Positions 1 through 8,869 of a stretch of DNA of 29,004 bases are shown here, one piece after another. A program made the translations under genes and the position numbers. The DNA lies in assembly GCA_016926735.1 (NCBI GenBank), contig JAFGOA010000104.1:1-29004 (forward strand), read 5' to 3'. Under the pieces are notes generated by a model, which was not told where the DNA came from, searched no databases, and saw only the letters and a list, made by a program, of their open reading frames with translations. Origin of the DNA: Promethearchaeota archaeon. Its GTDB lineage: Archaea > Asgardarchaeota > Lokiarchaeia > Sigyniarchaeales > SOKP01. Positions within the stretch are counted from its first letter, which is position 1; each line of letters starts with the position of its first letter.

Positions 1-1
1 A

Positions 2-355
2 AAAAAAAAAAAAAAGAAAAAACCTTCTAGTGGGATTGATGTTCTAATTCCAAGTAGCCCGCAAGAATCAAATTATACAAAGCAAGAAAGTTCTATTAAT
101 ACAACTAATAAAAGTGAAATTAAAACTAGCTTAGAAGATCTTCCTAAGGATAAAGATTCCTTATACCAAGAATTAATTGCTCTTGAAGGTAAGCGCTATT
201 CTTTGGAAAAAGAATTTAAAGAATCTGAGAAAAAATATGAAAAAGGTCAAATAAATGAAAATAAGTTTAAAGATCAAACATTTCAACTGAAAACAAAATT
301 GGATGAAATTACATCCAGAATAACAGGTATTAGGAGAATTATCTCAAGTCTATAA
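2..355 (+). CDS. 3' end of a hypothetical protein (partial, runs off window start); coiled-coil C-terminus
   Basis: Stop-free frame 2 from window start to TAA 353-355: ...LEDLPKDKDSLYQELIALEGKRYSLEKEFKESEKKYEKGQINENKFKDQTFQLKTKLDEITSRITGIRRIISSL*. Confidence 0.8.
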   Translation, partial: KKKKKKKPSSGIDVLIPSSPQESNYTKQESSINTTNKSEIKTSLEDLPKDKDSLYQELIALEGKRYSLEKEFKESEKKYEKGQINENKFKDQTFQLKTKLDEITSRITGIRRIISSL

Positions 356-776
356 TCATAATTTTCCAAATTTAAAAGATACATATCCTAATATATATGA
401 TAATAAAATACAAGAGTTTATACAGATTATTGAAACTAAAAAAGAAAGTTCATTTGAAAGAAAAAGGGATGATATAAAATCATTATTAAAGATATATTAT
501 TATCAAGCAAACTATAAGAAAATAGGGAGAAAATTATAAAGAATTTTATTGGTCGGATTTATACTTTTTAGCTCATCAGTAATATTTTTACTAATATTTA
601 TATTGATATGCTAAAATGAATTAATATACCAAACAAAAAAGATTATTGATAATAATTGGGAAAGATAATATTTTCAATTATTATTTGTTTAATTACTTCT
701 ATTGTTTTAGTAATTTATTTTAAAAAATTATAAGACTCATTCAACTTTTGTATTAAGAATTATACAAATAATAATC

Positions 777-2858
777 ATGAAATCCCATCATAATGAATTA
801 AAAAATGAAGAGATTAAACATAAAGAATTCATTAATTATGAAATCAACATTTCCAATGAACTAGAAAAACAAGCAATAAAAAATAATTTAAAACCGCTTA
901 ATTCATATAAAGCTAAAAAACAAAAATTAATTTTTGAATGCAAAAAATGCAAGAGCAATTTTTCAAATTGTTGTAAAAATCCTTCGATTCCTAAAAATCT
1001 TAAAGAACAAATTATAGCGTATATAATGGAGGAATTGAAGGATTATGGTGTTAATAATTCATTAAAAGTTGGATTTTTAAATAAGATCACTAATTTTGTT
1101 TTAAAACAAATAGAATCTTCTATAGTCCATAAAAATATTGAATTTAGAAAATTTATAGAGAGATATATCTATAATATATCTTATTTTTTGTTAAAAATTA
1201 AATTAATGAGCAATACAAATCAAAAAATAATTATACGTAAGATAGCAAGAGATACATATAATGCAAAATTCACATCATTTACTCAATGGTATAAAATAAC
1301 AAGGCAAATAATTAAATTCCTTAATAATACTTTAGGAGTTAAATTAAGATTGATGGATCAAGATCCTTTTTTATTATCCGAGACTACCAAGAATAAAATA
1401 AGATATTATAAAAAATTATTTCGATTAAGTGGAGGGCATAAAGATAAAGAAATAAGAATTACATATTTAAATACAGATTATAAATCCAAAATTTTAATTA
1501 GATATTTTGGAAAGTGTCAAGGAATAAAAGACAAATGTGAATTCCATATTGATTATAAATTTTTACCCTGTCTTGGTTATCATCATATTCTTGAAAATTA
1601 TAAAGAAATTGTAAAAAAAAAAGAAAATAAATATATTTTACCAAAAAAATTATTATCCTATAACTTTAATAAAGCTCTTATTTTAATGAAAACCCAAATT
1701 GGGGGATTAAAATTAATTTGCATGAATTGTCATTCTATAAAACATTCATTAAGGTATAATTTCACACCATTATTGAATTTTTATAGAACAATATCAATTG
1801 ATTATATCCATAAGAATATAGAAAATGTTTTAAATAGAGTAAAACAGTTAGCAAATGAATTTTACAGCAAAAATAGGGCTAGATATAAAATAACTAAGAC
1901 CAATACTTTAGCAAAGATAAAATTAGATATAAAACGTGCTATTTTAGGATTTTTAAAAAAAAAATATGTAATAGAATATCTTTTTGGATCAGATTACACA
2001 TGTCCTATATGTAAAAATGTTAATATAAATGATCATCTTACTTGTTTTGAGGCACATCATACTAATTTAGATCTACTTAGAGATCTCAAAAAAATAGAAT
2101 TTGGCCAAAAATATAGTCATAAATCCGTTAGCTGGCTAATTAAAAATCTAATTATTCAAGAATGTATTTTTATATGTTCAAATTGTCATGCCATGATTAA
2201 TTCAACAAATTATAGAGATAATTTTCTTATAATTTTAAAGGACCAAGCAGATGCTAAGATAGTAAAAGATTATTACAAGATTCTAAAATTAAAAATTGAG
2301 TTAAAAACAAATATAATATTAGATTGGAAGAGACGATTAAAAAATAATGAGATAATAATATCAAATCCTTTTCAATTAGTTTTTGGAATGGGGGAAGCTA
2401 TAGATGAAAAAATAATGTGTATTTATTATATTAATAAAATATTTCCAAAAGATGAGAATATCAATTATTTTAATGCTAATGTTTTTAATTTTATTCTTGG
2501 TAGAAGTCATACTCATTTTAATAATTATAAAAATCTACTAATTAAAAATGGTTATATTGAAAACAAAAAAGAAAAATTTCGCTATAATCAGAAATTTTTC
2601 AAAATAACATACAAAGGAAAAGAAAAAGCTGAAGAAATTTTTTTAAAAAAAAGTAATCAATTTCCTGTAAAATTTAACCGACTAATTAACTCATGGAAGA
2701 TTCGATATATTGAATATCAGATTATAAACACAAAAATATTGTATTATTTTTTAGATATTTTGTACATTGGTGGCATTTTTAGCTTGTGTTCCGCAGATTT
2801 CATCATTTTTATAACTTTTTTTACATTATTAGGATCCAAATCATTCAAATCCATATAG
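777..2858 (+). CDS. Large basic protein with two tandem Cys/His HNH-like nuclease domains, N-terminal Cys cluster and C-terminal winged-helix-like region
   Basis: Domain 1 KCQGIKDKC...LGYHHI...LICMNCHSIKH; domain 2 TCPICK...FEAHHT...FICSNCHAMIN (CxxC..HH..CxNCH pattern of Zn-binding HNH proteins); C-terminal LIKNGYIE...FKITYKGKEKA wing motif. Last 115 bp overlap nadE antisense. Confidence 0.65.
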   Translation: MKSHHNELKNEEIKHKEFINYEINISNELEKQAIKNNLKPLNSYKAKKQKLIFECKKCKSNFSNCCKNPSIPKNLKEQIIAYIMEELKDYGVNNSLKVGFLNKITNFVLKQIESSIVHKNIEFRKFIERYIYNISYFLLKIKLMSNTNQKIIIRKIARDTYNAKFTSFTQWYKITRQIIKFLNNTLGVKLRLMDQDPFLLSETTKNKIRYYKKLFRLSGGHKDKEIRITYLNTDYKSKILIRYFGKCQGIKDKCEFHIDYKFLPCLGYHHILENYKEIVKKKENKYILPKKLLSYNFNKALILMKTQIGGLKLICMNCHSIKHSLRYNFTPLLNFYRTISIDYIHKNIENVLNRVKQLANEFYSKNRARYKITKTNTLAKIKLDIKRAILGFLKKKYVIEYLFGSDYTCPICKNVNINDHLTCFEAHHTNLDLLRDLKKIEFGQKYSHKSVSWLIKNLIIQECIFICSNCHAMINSTNYRDNFLIILKDQADAKIVKDYYKILKLKIELKTNIILDWKRRLKNNEIIISNPFQLVFGMGEAIDEKIMCIYYINKIFPKDENINYFNANVFNFILGRSHTHFNNYKNLLIKNGYIENKKEKFRYNQKFFKITYKGKEKAEEIFLKKSNQFPVKFNRLINSWKIRYIEYQIINTKILYYFLDILYIGGIFSLCSADFIIFITFFTLLGSKSFKSI

Positions 2859-3535
2859 TGATCTATACGATATATTATTTCATCTAATTCATCATATGAA
2901 ATGCCTATTTCTCCTTCATCTGTCTGATTTTGCCAAAGTCCAGCACTTGGGATTCTATTTATTATCTTTTTTGGGATTTTTAAAACTTTAGCAACTTCTC
3001 TAACTTCGAATTTATAAAGTGCACCGATTGGTTCAAGATCTACTCCACCTTAGTGTAGAAATTCGTTAATAATTTCTATATCACCATATTTGGTAAAATA
3101 ACCTATTGCTAATTCTGTTCTATTTCCGGTTCCCGCAACCAAAAATTCTAATGATTGTGCAAAATTATATAGAGCTATCATTCTTAATCGAGGTTTTATA
3201 TTTGCTAATGCTATTTTTGTTGTGATGATTTCATGTGGAAAAACTTTTAACAATTCTTTATAAGCTGAAGTTAATTCAACAATATAGAGTTTAATTCCTA
3301 AAGATTTAGCAACTAATTTAGCATCCACATAATCTTCTGGATTAGATTCACAAGGTAAACCAACACCAATTATATTTTCCTTTCCTACAGCATTAACACT
3401 CATTGCTGCAGTTACTGCCGAATCAATTCCTCCACTAATTCCTACAATAATTCCTTTTAAATTGCTGGATTCTACATAATCTTTAATCCAATTTTGAATA
3501 TTATCAACCAAATTTACATAATCTAATTTTCTCAT
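2744..3535 (-). CDS. nadE: NH3-dependent NAD+ synthetase, intron-split: join(exon1 3080..3535, exon2 2744..3049), 253 aa after splicing
   Basis: Exon 1: PP-loop SGGIDS, NIKPRLRM, GTGNRTELAIGYFTKYGD. Exon 2 (not in ORF track, same frame, no own start): GGVDLEPIGALYKFEVREVAKVLKIPKKIINRIPSAGLWQNQTDEGEIGISYDELD...SAEHKLKMPPMYKISKK* (TAA 2744-2746). SD AGGAG upstream of ATG 3535. Confidence 0.95.
3050..3079 (-). other. 30-nt bulge-helix-bulge (BHB) archaeal intron in nadE mRNA
   Basis: Minus strand: UAU GGUG AU^A UAGAAAUU auuaacg AAUUUCUA CACU AA^G GUG. 4-bp central helix GGUG/CACU, two 3-nt bulges (AUA, AAG), perfect 8-bp intron stem. Cuts after the 2nd bulge nucleotide restore GGT GAT GGT GGA (GDGG). 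Confidence 0.88.
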
Positions 3536-3572
3536 ATTTTCTCCTATTTTTTTTTGAATATATTAAAAATAT

Positions 3573-4040
3573 CTAGTTCAGATATATATATTTTGTAAAA
3601 TATCCTATGGCTAATTCTGTTCTATTTCCAGTTCCTGCAACAAGATAGAAACCCTTACATTGAGCATAATAATATAACCCTGCCATTCTTAATCTAGCTT
3701 TTAAATTTCCCCCCGCCATACAATCTTTTTTTATTTTTTGATTGGGTTGATTTATCATTACATTATAAGCTGAAGTTAGATCTAAAACATGCAATTTTTT
3801 ATTGAGAGCTTTTGCTATTATTTTCGCATCCTCTAAATCTTCTGGATTTGATTCACATGGAATATTAATACAGATGATTTTATCTTTTCCTAAAGCGTTT
3901 AAACATAAAACCGCAGTTAATGCACTATCAATACCACCACTAATACCAATTATTACTCCATCAGCATTTACAGTCTCTATTTGTTTTTTTATCCAATTTT
4001 GAATCTCTACACTTGTTTTCTCAATATCTATTTCTCTCAT
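3573..4040 (-). pseudogene. nadE: Truncated NAD+ synthetase paralog (N-terminal half only, 155 aa)
   Basis: SGGIDS, NLKARLRM, GTGNRTELAIGYFTKY then IYLN*. Homology stops before GDGG, and only 37 bp separate it from the next nadE start, leaving no room for a C-terminal half. Confidence 0.75.
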
Positions 4041-4149
4041 AATACCTTTCTAAATAATTTATTTAATATTATTAATTATTAAATTACAATAACTTTTTAT
4101 TATATATCAATAAATAGCTAAATCAATATAATTAATTGTTTTTGAAACC

Positions 4150-4157
4150 TTTATAAA
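4150..4157 (+). promoter_or_regulatory. Putative archaeal TATA box for the gene at 4205
   Basis: GAAACC-TTTATAAA about 50 bp upstream of ATG 4205, with GAGG SD before the ATG; AT-rich background weakens the call. Confidence 0.35.
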
Positions 4158-4204
4158 CTAATATCATTATATATTATTAGAATAATCAAGAATGAGGAAT
4201 AAAT

Positions 4205-4621
4205 ATGAGTGAAGAATTTAAAAATTTAGTTGATCAATCATTTGAAAAAGGAATTAATCCAATCTGGATATACACAAACGATTATATTTATGGGATGTTC
4301 CCTGTAGATGATGGTGCTAGTCGTTGGATGGAAGTAACTTATGATTTTGATTCAGATGATCCGATTTTAAAAAAAGAGAGAAATGCAGATTTATCTTTTC
4401 AGTTCTTATTTGAAGAACTAGAAAAAGGAGTGTCTTATTATATTGAGGATTTTAATGTAAATAATTTAAAACAATTTGCTGCAACCGTCGAGAATAAATC
4501 GGGATCTGAAAAATTAACAGCTATCATTAACGATCTTATAAATAACACAGATAAATATTCTGCAAATTTACCAATTATTAAAAGTAAGAATGATGCTAAT
4601 ATACTAAAAGAAAAAGTTTAA
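4205..4621 (+). CDS. Hypothetical acidic protein (138 aa)
   Basis: Clean ORF with GAGG SD and ATG; no motif recognised. Confidence 0.8.
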   Translation: MSEEFKNLVDQSFEKGINPIWIYTNDYIYGMFPVDDGASRWMEVTYDFDSDDPILKKERNADLSFQFLFEELEKGVSYYIEDFNVNNLKQFAATVENKSGSEKLTAIINDLINNTDKYSANLPIIKSKNDANILKEKV

Positions 4622-4636
4622 CTCTTCTCTCTATTT

Positions 4637-5137
4637 TTAAATATATAAGTTTTTTCTTTGAGGAAAATTCTTAGTAAAAGCATCATCAATTTTTCTAGCC
4701 ATTTTATATCCAATATTGGCATCCTTTTCCTTAATGATTTTTTTTAAATGATCCCCTTCAATCTGAGAAAATTTCTCTATTCCTGTTGTTATAATATTTT
4801 TATCTTTTTGAATAGGTACTACCATTCCAAATACATTTAACATATCTTCATTGGACAATTTTTTACCATAAATATTCTCATCTATTTCTTTATCAATGTT
4901 TTTTATAACAGTACCCATTGATAGAGCAGAATAAGGATTAATTTGTTTGGATTTTATCCAATATGTATATGGTTGTTTATTAATAAAAGTATCTGTATTA
5001 AAATGATTATCATTTGAACTTGTTACTTTCCAATCTTTCGGATCTTTATCATAATGTTTTTTCATCTTTTTTACGATATTTGAGACTGGAGCAATCCCAT
5101 GATAATCTTCTTTTAATTTTTCATGATTCTCTTTCAT
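4637..5137 (-). CDS. Hypothetical protein (166 aa)
   Basis: Clean ORF convergent with 4205..4621; no motif recognised. Confidence 0.75.
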   Translation of the reverse strand: MKENHEKLKEDYHGIAPVSNIVKKMKKHYDKDPKDWKVTSSNDNHFNTDTFINKQPYTYWIKSKQINPYSALSMGTVIKNIDKEIDENIYGKKLSNEDMLNVFGMVVPIQKDKNIITTGIEKFSQIEGDHLKKIIKEKDANIGYKMARKIDDAFTKNFPQRKNLYI

Positions 5138-5226
5138 ATCTCTAAAATATTTAATGAAAAAAACTATAAAAACTTAAAGAATATAAAAAATAACAGAATT
5201 TGTATAAAATAAAAATAATTATCCCT

Positions 5227-7131
5227 ATGGAAAAATCAAAAAATTCAAAATATCAAAATATTACAATAGATGTCAATAAATATTTTTTAAAAATTGAAAA
5301 ATTGGTATTAAATAATCAAAAAAAAGAAATTAGAAATGAATTATTGAATCTAGATATTGTTGATATTGAATTAAATTTCTTAAAATCATATTTAAAAAGA
5401 AAAAATGAAGGTGTTTATTTTACTAATAATCAAGTTGCTAGATTTATTATTGAAAAATCAATATTATCTCTAATAAATATGGAATTGAATCTTAAATTAA
5501 ATACTCTTTTTGAAATCAGCACCTTTGAGCAAGAAAAAAAGAATATAATTATAAATATCCTTAAAAAAATAACAATATGTGATCCAGCTTGTGGATCTGG
5601 AGTTTTCCTCTTTAATACATTAATTTTATTATATGATCTTTTTAAAAAATTAAAAGTAAATTATTCTGATTTAGAACTGAAAACTCTAATTATTAAGAAT
5701 ATATATGGTCTAGATATAAATTTAATATCATTAAATTTATGTAAGTTGAAAATTTATAAGTGGATATTAAAAGAGGATTTAGCAGATTATAACCTGATAT
5801 TTGGGATTTTAAATAAAAATATCAAATTAATAAATAGTTTAACATATTCAAATTGGCCAAATACTATTTTTGGTAAAAAATATTTTGATTTAATTATCGG
5901 AAATCCTCCCTATGGAAACATTTTAAGTACAAGTGATAAGAATTTTCTAAAAAAGGAAAAAACTTTCTCTAAAGATATTTATTGTACATATGTGTTAAAA
6001 TCCTTAGAATGGTCAAAAAATATAATAGGGCTTCTTATACCAAAAAGTTTTCTTTTAAGACAATCATTTATAGATTTTAGAAATGAACTCCTTGCTAAAG
6101 CAAATATTTTAAAAATATACGATCTTGGACCAAATTTATTTAAAAACGCTACAAATGAAGTTCAAATTCTAATATATAAAAAAAAAGCTGGGAGAGATGT
6201 TAATCTTGAAATATTTGATTATCCTGATTTAAAAATTAATCAATATAATAATCAAATTATCGATTCTCTTAGAATTTGTAGAAACTTAAAATGCAAAATG
6301 AATGTAAAAACAAAAAAATTTTATATTTATACATTTAATGAAAAATGTCCATATTGCACATCAAATACACAAAAATTGAATCGAATTCGAATAAAAGCTG
6401 ATAAAAATTACCTTACGATTATTGAAAAAATAGAATTTCAAGCGGATATGAATTATTTAAATATTAGAAAATTTCCAAATTTTATAAGAGGTGAAGAAGC
6501 AAAAGGATTACAGGAAATAAAAAAGAGATTAAATATAAATGGTGAAGGTACATGTTATTTTATCAGTGCTAAACAAGATTTTGCTCCTTATTATTTTAAT
6601 ACCAACAAAAAGTTCGATTTAGAAAAAGTAAAACCAGAAATTTTAAAGGGTAAGAAATATGAATTTTATAAGGAATCAAAATTATTAATTAAACATAATA
6701 ATATTTATCCCGAAGCTATTTTTACAAAACAACCATCATGTTTTACATCTTCAATTTATTCCTTACTTTATTCAGAAGATATTGAATTAAAATATTTATG
6801 TGCTATTATGAATTCGATTCTTATTCAATTTTATTGTATATATGGATTAAATAATCAAAAGGATACGACTATCAATTTAAATCAATATATGATTAGACAC
6901 TTACCAATTATCAACATAAATAAAATTGAAAAAAAAAAAATCTCAGAAGATGTAGATTTTATAATAGATCAATTAGATTTAAGTGAAGGCAAGGTAAATA
7001 ATCAAATTAAAAAAAAGATTATAAATCTTGATAATAAAATTTTTGAATATTTCTCAATTAATGATGAGGAACGTTGTACAATAATAAATCAAGTTAAAAA
7101 ATTTAACAAATTGTATAAATTGATTTATTAG
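5227..7131 (+). CDS. N6-adenine DNA methyltransferase (gamma class, Eco57I/TaqI-like) with C-terminal target-recognition region
   Basis: Motif X GVYFT, motif I ICDPACGSGVFL, IYGLDIN, motif IV IIGNPPYG, LFKNA; C-terminal LKYLCAIMNS...IRHLPI. ATG 5227 preferred over TTG 5200. Confidence 0.88.
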   Translation: MEKSKNSKYQNITIDVNKYFLKIEKLVLNNQKKEIRNELLNLDIVDIELNFLKSYLKRKNEGVYFTNNQVARFIIEKSILSLINMELNLKLNTLFEISTFEQEKKNIIINILKKITICDPACGSGVFLFNTLILLYDLFKKLKVNYSDLELKTLIIKNIYGLDINLISLNLCKLKIYKWILKEDLADYNLIFGILNKNIKLINSLTYSNWPNTIFGKKYFDLIIGNPPYGNILSTSDKNFLKKEKTFSKDIYCTYVLKSLEWSKNIIGLLIPKSFLLRQSFIDFRNELLAKANILKIYDLGPNLFKNATNEVQILIYKKKAGRDVNLEIFDYPDLKINQYNNQIIDSLRICRNLKCKMNVKTKKFYIYTFNEKCPYCTSNTQKLNRIRIKADKNYLTIIEKIEFQADMNYLNIRKFPNFIRGEEAKGLQEIKKRLNINGEGTCYFISAKQDFAPYYFNTNKKFDLEKVKPEILKGKKYEFYKESKLLIKHNNIYPEAIFTKQPSCFTSSIYSLLYSEDIELKYLCAIMNSILIQFYCIYGLNNQKDTTINLNQYMIRHLPIININKIEKKKISEDVDFIIDQLDLSEGKVNNQIKKKIINLDNKIFEYFSINDEERCTIINQVKKFNKLYKLIY

Positions 7132-7146
7132 TTGAAGATATTTTAT

Positions 7147-7174
7147 AAAATAGAAAAAAAGGAAAAGAAAAAAA
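7147..7174 (-). terminator. Oligo-U tract downstream of RHH gene (archaeal-type terminator candidate)
   Basis: Minus strand TTTTTTTCTTTTCCTTTTTTTCTATTTT directly after TAA 7175-7177. Confidence 0.4.
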
Positions 7175-7330
7175 TTATTCTTTTTTTAGTAGGGAATTTA
7201 GTTCTGTTTTTAGTAAATCACGTACAGCGACTCTAATTACTTCTGAGCGATTTGGATAATAATTGGCTGTTACTAATTCTTCAATTCCCTTTAAATATTG
7301 CTCTGGAATATGACATGTAATGAGCTTAAT
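7175..7330 (-). CDS. Ribbon-helix-helix (CopG/MetJ/Arc; CdrS-like) transcription regulator, 51 aa, ATT start; absent from ORF track
   Basis: (M)KLITCHIPEQYLKGIEELVTANYYPNRSEVIRVAVRDLLKTELNSLLKKE*; YPNRSEVIRxAVRDLL is a typical RHH helix-2 signature; AGGTG SD 7 nt before ATT at 7328-7330. Confidence 0.88.
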   Translation of the reverse strand: MKLITCHIPEQYLKGIEELVTANYYPNRSEVIRVAVRDLLKTELNSLLKKE

Positions 7331-7517
7331 TGTTAAACACCTATTTAATAACAAATTTTTTTTTTATTAATATATGAAATCGAAATCTCTGTAATATATG
7401 TATATAATATTAGAATAATATATCATGAAAATTTGTGATAATCTTGAAATATTGAAGAAATTGTGTAAAAATCATACATTAGACAATAAAATTTTAAAAA
7501 AAAATAAAAATAAGATT

Positions 7518-8603
7518 TCAAAAATAGGTTATATTATTTATACATCTAATAAAGGTGTTATTTTCAAATATTATTGATGAAGCAGGATCTGCAATAATGG
7601 TATTATAATAATTGATAAAAGTATTTCCAATTAAAGTATAATTTATTCCCGTTGTTATATCCATTCCATTAGAAAAACTCCTCCATTTCGAGCCAACACA
7701 AGTATTATTTATGAATGTTACAGAACCCCCACCACCCCCTCGAGAGCATAGTATTGCACGGAAGAAATAACAATTCTTAAAAATGATATGTGTTGATATT
7801 CCATCGATCTCTATTGGCCACCAAGTATAATCGAAAAAAGTGTAATTTTCAATAAGATATGGATTATATGTCGTTCCATTGCCAGGAAAGTTATATTGAT
7901 TTTCAAGAGTATCATCTGTAATATAAAAATTTAAATCATCTTGAATTATTAAATCTGAATATGTATCCTCTGCTATATCTATCAACATGGGATTAATATA
8001 ATTACCATATACCACCCAAAATGTGAGAAAAAATACTATCCCTATTTTTAGTCCATTATTCACATGATTATTTTTAATTTTAAGTATGAATGCATAAATG
8101 GAAAGGATAATCAGAAGTGAATAAAAAAAAATCGTTGGTAATGATTCATAATATATATGGGTTTGATCTACTCCATATCTCAAATCACATTTTGTATATT
8201 GTTCACTTTCATCATCATTTAAAAAGATAATGAACCATGTATCTTTATAAGGGATTTGATGTTCACCATTAGCTTCAGGTTTATCCCCATTAAAAAGGAT
8301 ATAATACTTTATATCTGTATTATTCAGATAAAATTTTTTAACATTATCTATATTCATTAAGAGTACTCTTAATCCAACATCTTCGGTATAACTTTTAATA
8401 TACCATTCTACGTCCCATAAATTATCTAAATGGAAGCTGAATATATAATAATTTAAATAACCTATTCCAACATTTCCATAATATACACCTGAGTCTTTAA
8501 TTTGATTTCTTTGTTCATTAAATACATTTGAATTAGTATAAATTGCATTACCTAAAATAGGCAAAAACAATATAATTATGATTAATGTTATTTTTTTATT
8601 CAT
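7518..8603 (-). CDS. Membrane/secreted protein: signal peptide, beta-rich extracellular domain, two TM helices, C-terminal parallel beta-helix (NosD-like) region
   Basis: Hydrophobic N-terminus; TM segments IFFYSLLIILSIYAFIL and IGIVFFLTFWVVYG; FPGNGTTYNPYLIENY motif followed by FINNT/IGNTF/FENNTF beta-helix repeats. Confidence 0.7.
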   Translation of the reverse strand: MNKKITLIIIILFLPILGNAIYTNSNVFNEQRNQIKDSGVYYGNVGIGYLNYYIFSFHLDNLWDVEWYIKSYTEDVGLRVLLMNIDNVKKFYLNNTDIKYYILFNGDKPEANGEHQIPYKDTWFIIFLNDDESEQYTKCDLRYGVDQTHIYYESLPTIFFYSLLIILSIYAFILKIKNNHVNNGLKIGIVFFLTFWVVYGNYINPMLIDIAEDTYSDLIIQDDLNFYITDDTLENQYNFPGNGTTYNPYLIENYTFFDYTWWPIEIDGISTHIIFKNCYFFRAILCSRGGGGGSVTFINNTCVGSKWRSFSNGMDITTGINYTLIGNTFINYYNTIIADPASSIIFENNTFIRCINNITYF

Positions 8604-8869
8604 ATTAATTTAGGACTCTCCAAACCATGTAAATGAATTATAATTAATTATATACTAATAGGTGATTAATATTTAAAAATACAATATGGACTGAAATTTT
8701 ACAAAATGATAAATAAATAGGATTTATTAAAACTAGAAAAATACTATTATAGATTTAAATAATTTACATCTTAAATTATATTATCAGATAGGTCTAAGTT
8801 GTTAATATATATTAAATTTTGTCAAATTAAATTTGGTGATCTATAATCTCAAGTGATAATGAAAAAATC

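Noticed and set aside
364-540. Stop-free stretch of about 58 codons between the first two genes
   Set aside because: No canonical start, SD or recognisable motif; could be chance or a remnant.
3050-3052. nadE stop as sequencing error, readthrough, or simple pseudogene
   Set aside because: Readthrough would leave 10 extra residues inside the conserved GD-GG motif. Both halves are otherwise intact, and the insert boundaries match BHB cut sites exactly.
3038-3063. Resemblance to a Cas12a direct repeat (AATTTCTAC...GTAGAT on minus strand)
   Set aside because: Single copy, no spacers, no cas genes; GTAGAT simply encodes Val-Asp of NadE.
3050-3594. Alternative cis-splicing of the upstream half-nadE onto the shared exon 2
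   Set aside because: The upstream copy lacks GGUG to pair with CACU and lacks the GD codons. I found no BHB pairing between the two copies that yields a correct TKYGDGG.
3802-4002. 66-aa + strand ORF
   Set aside because: Antisense shadow of the nadE paralog.
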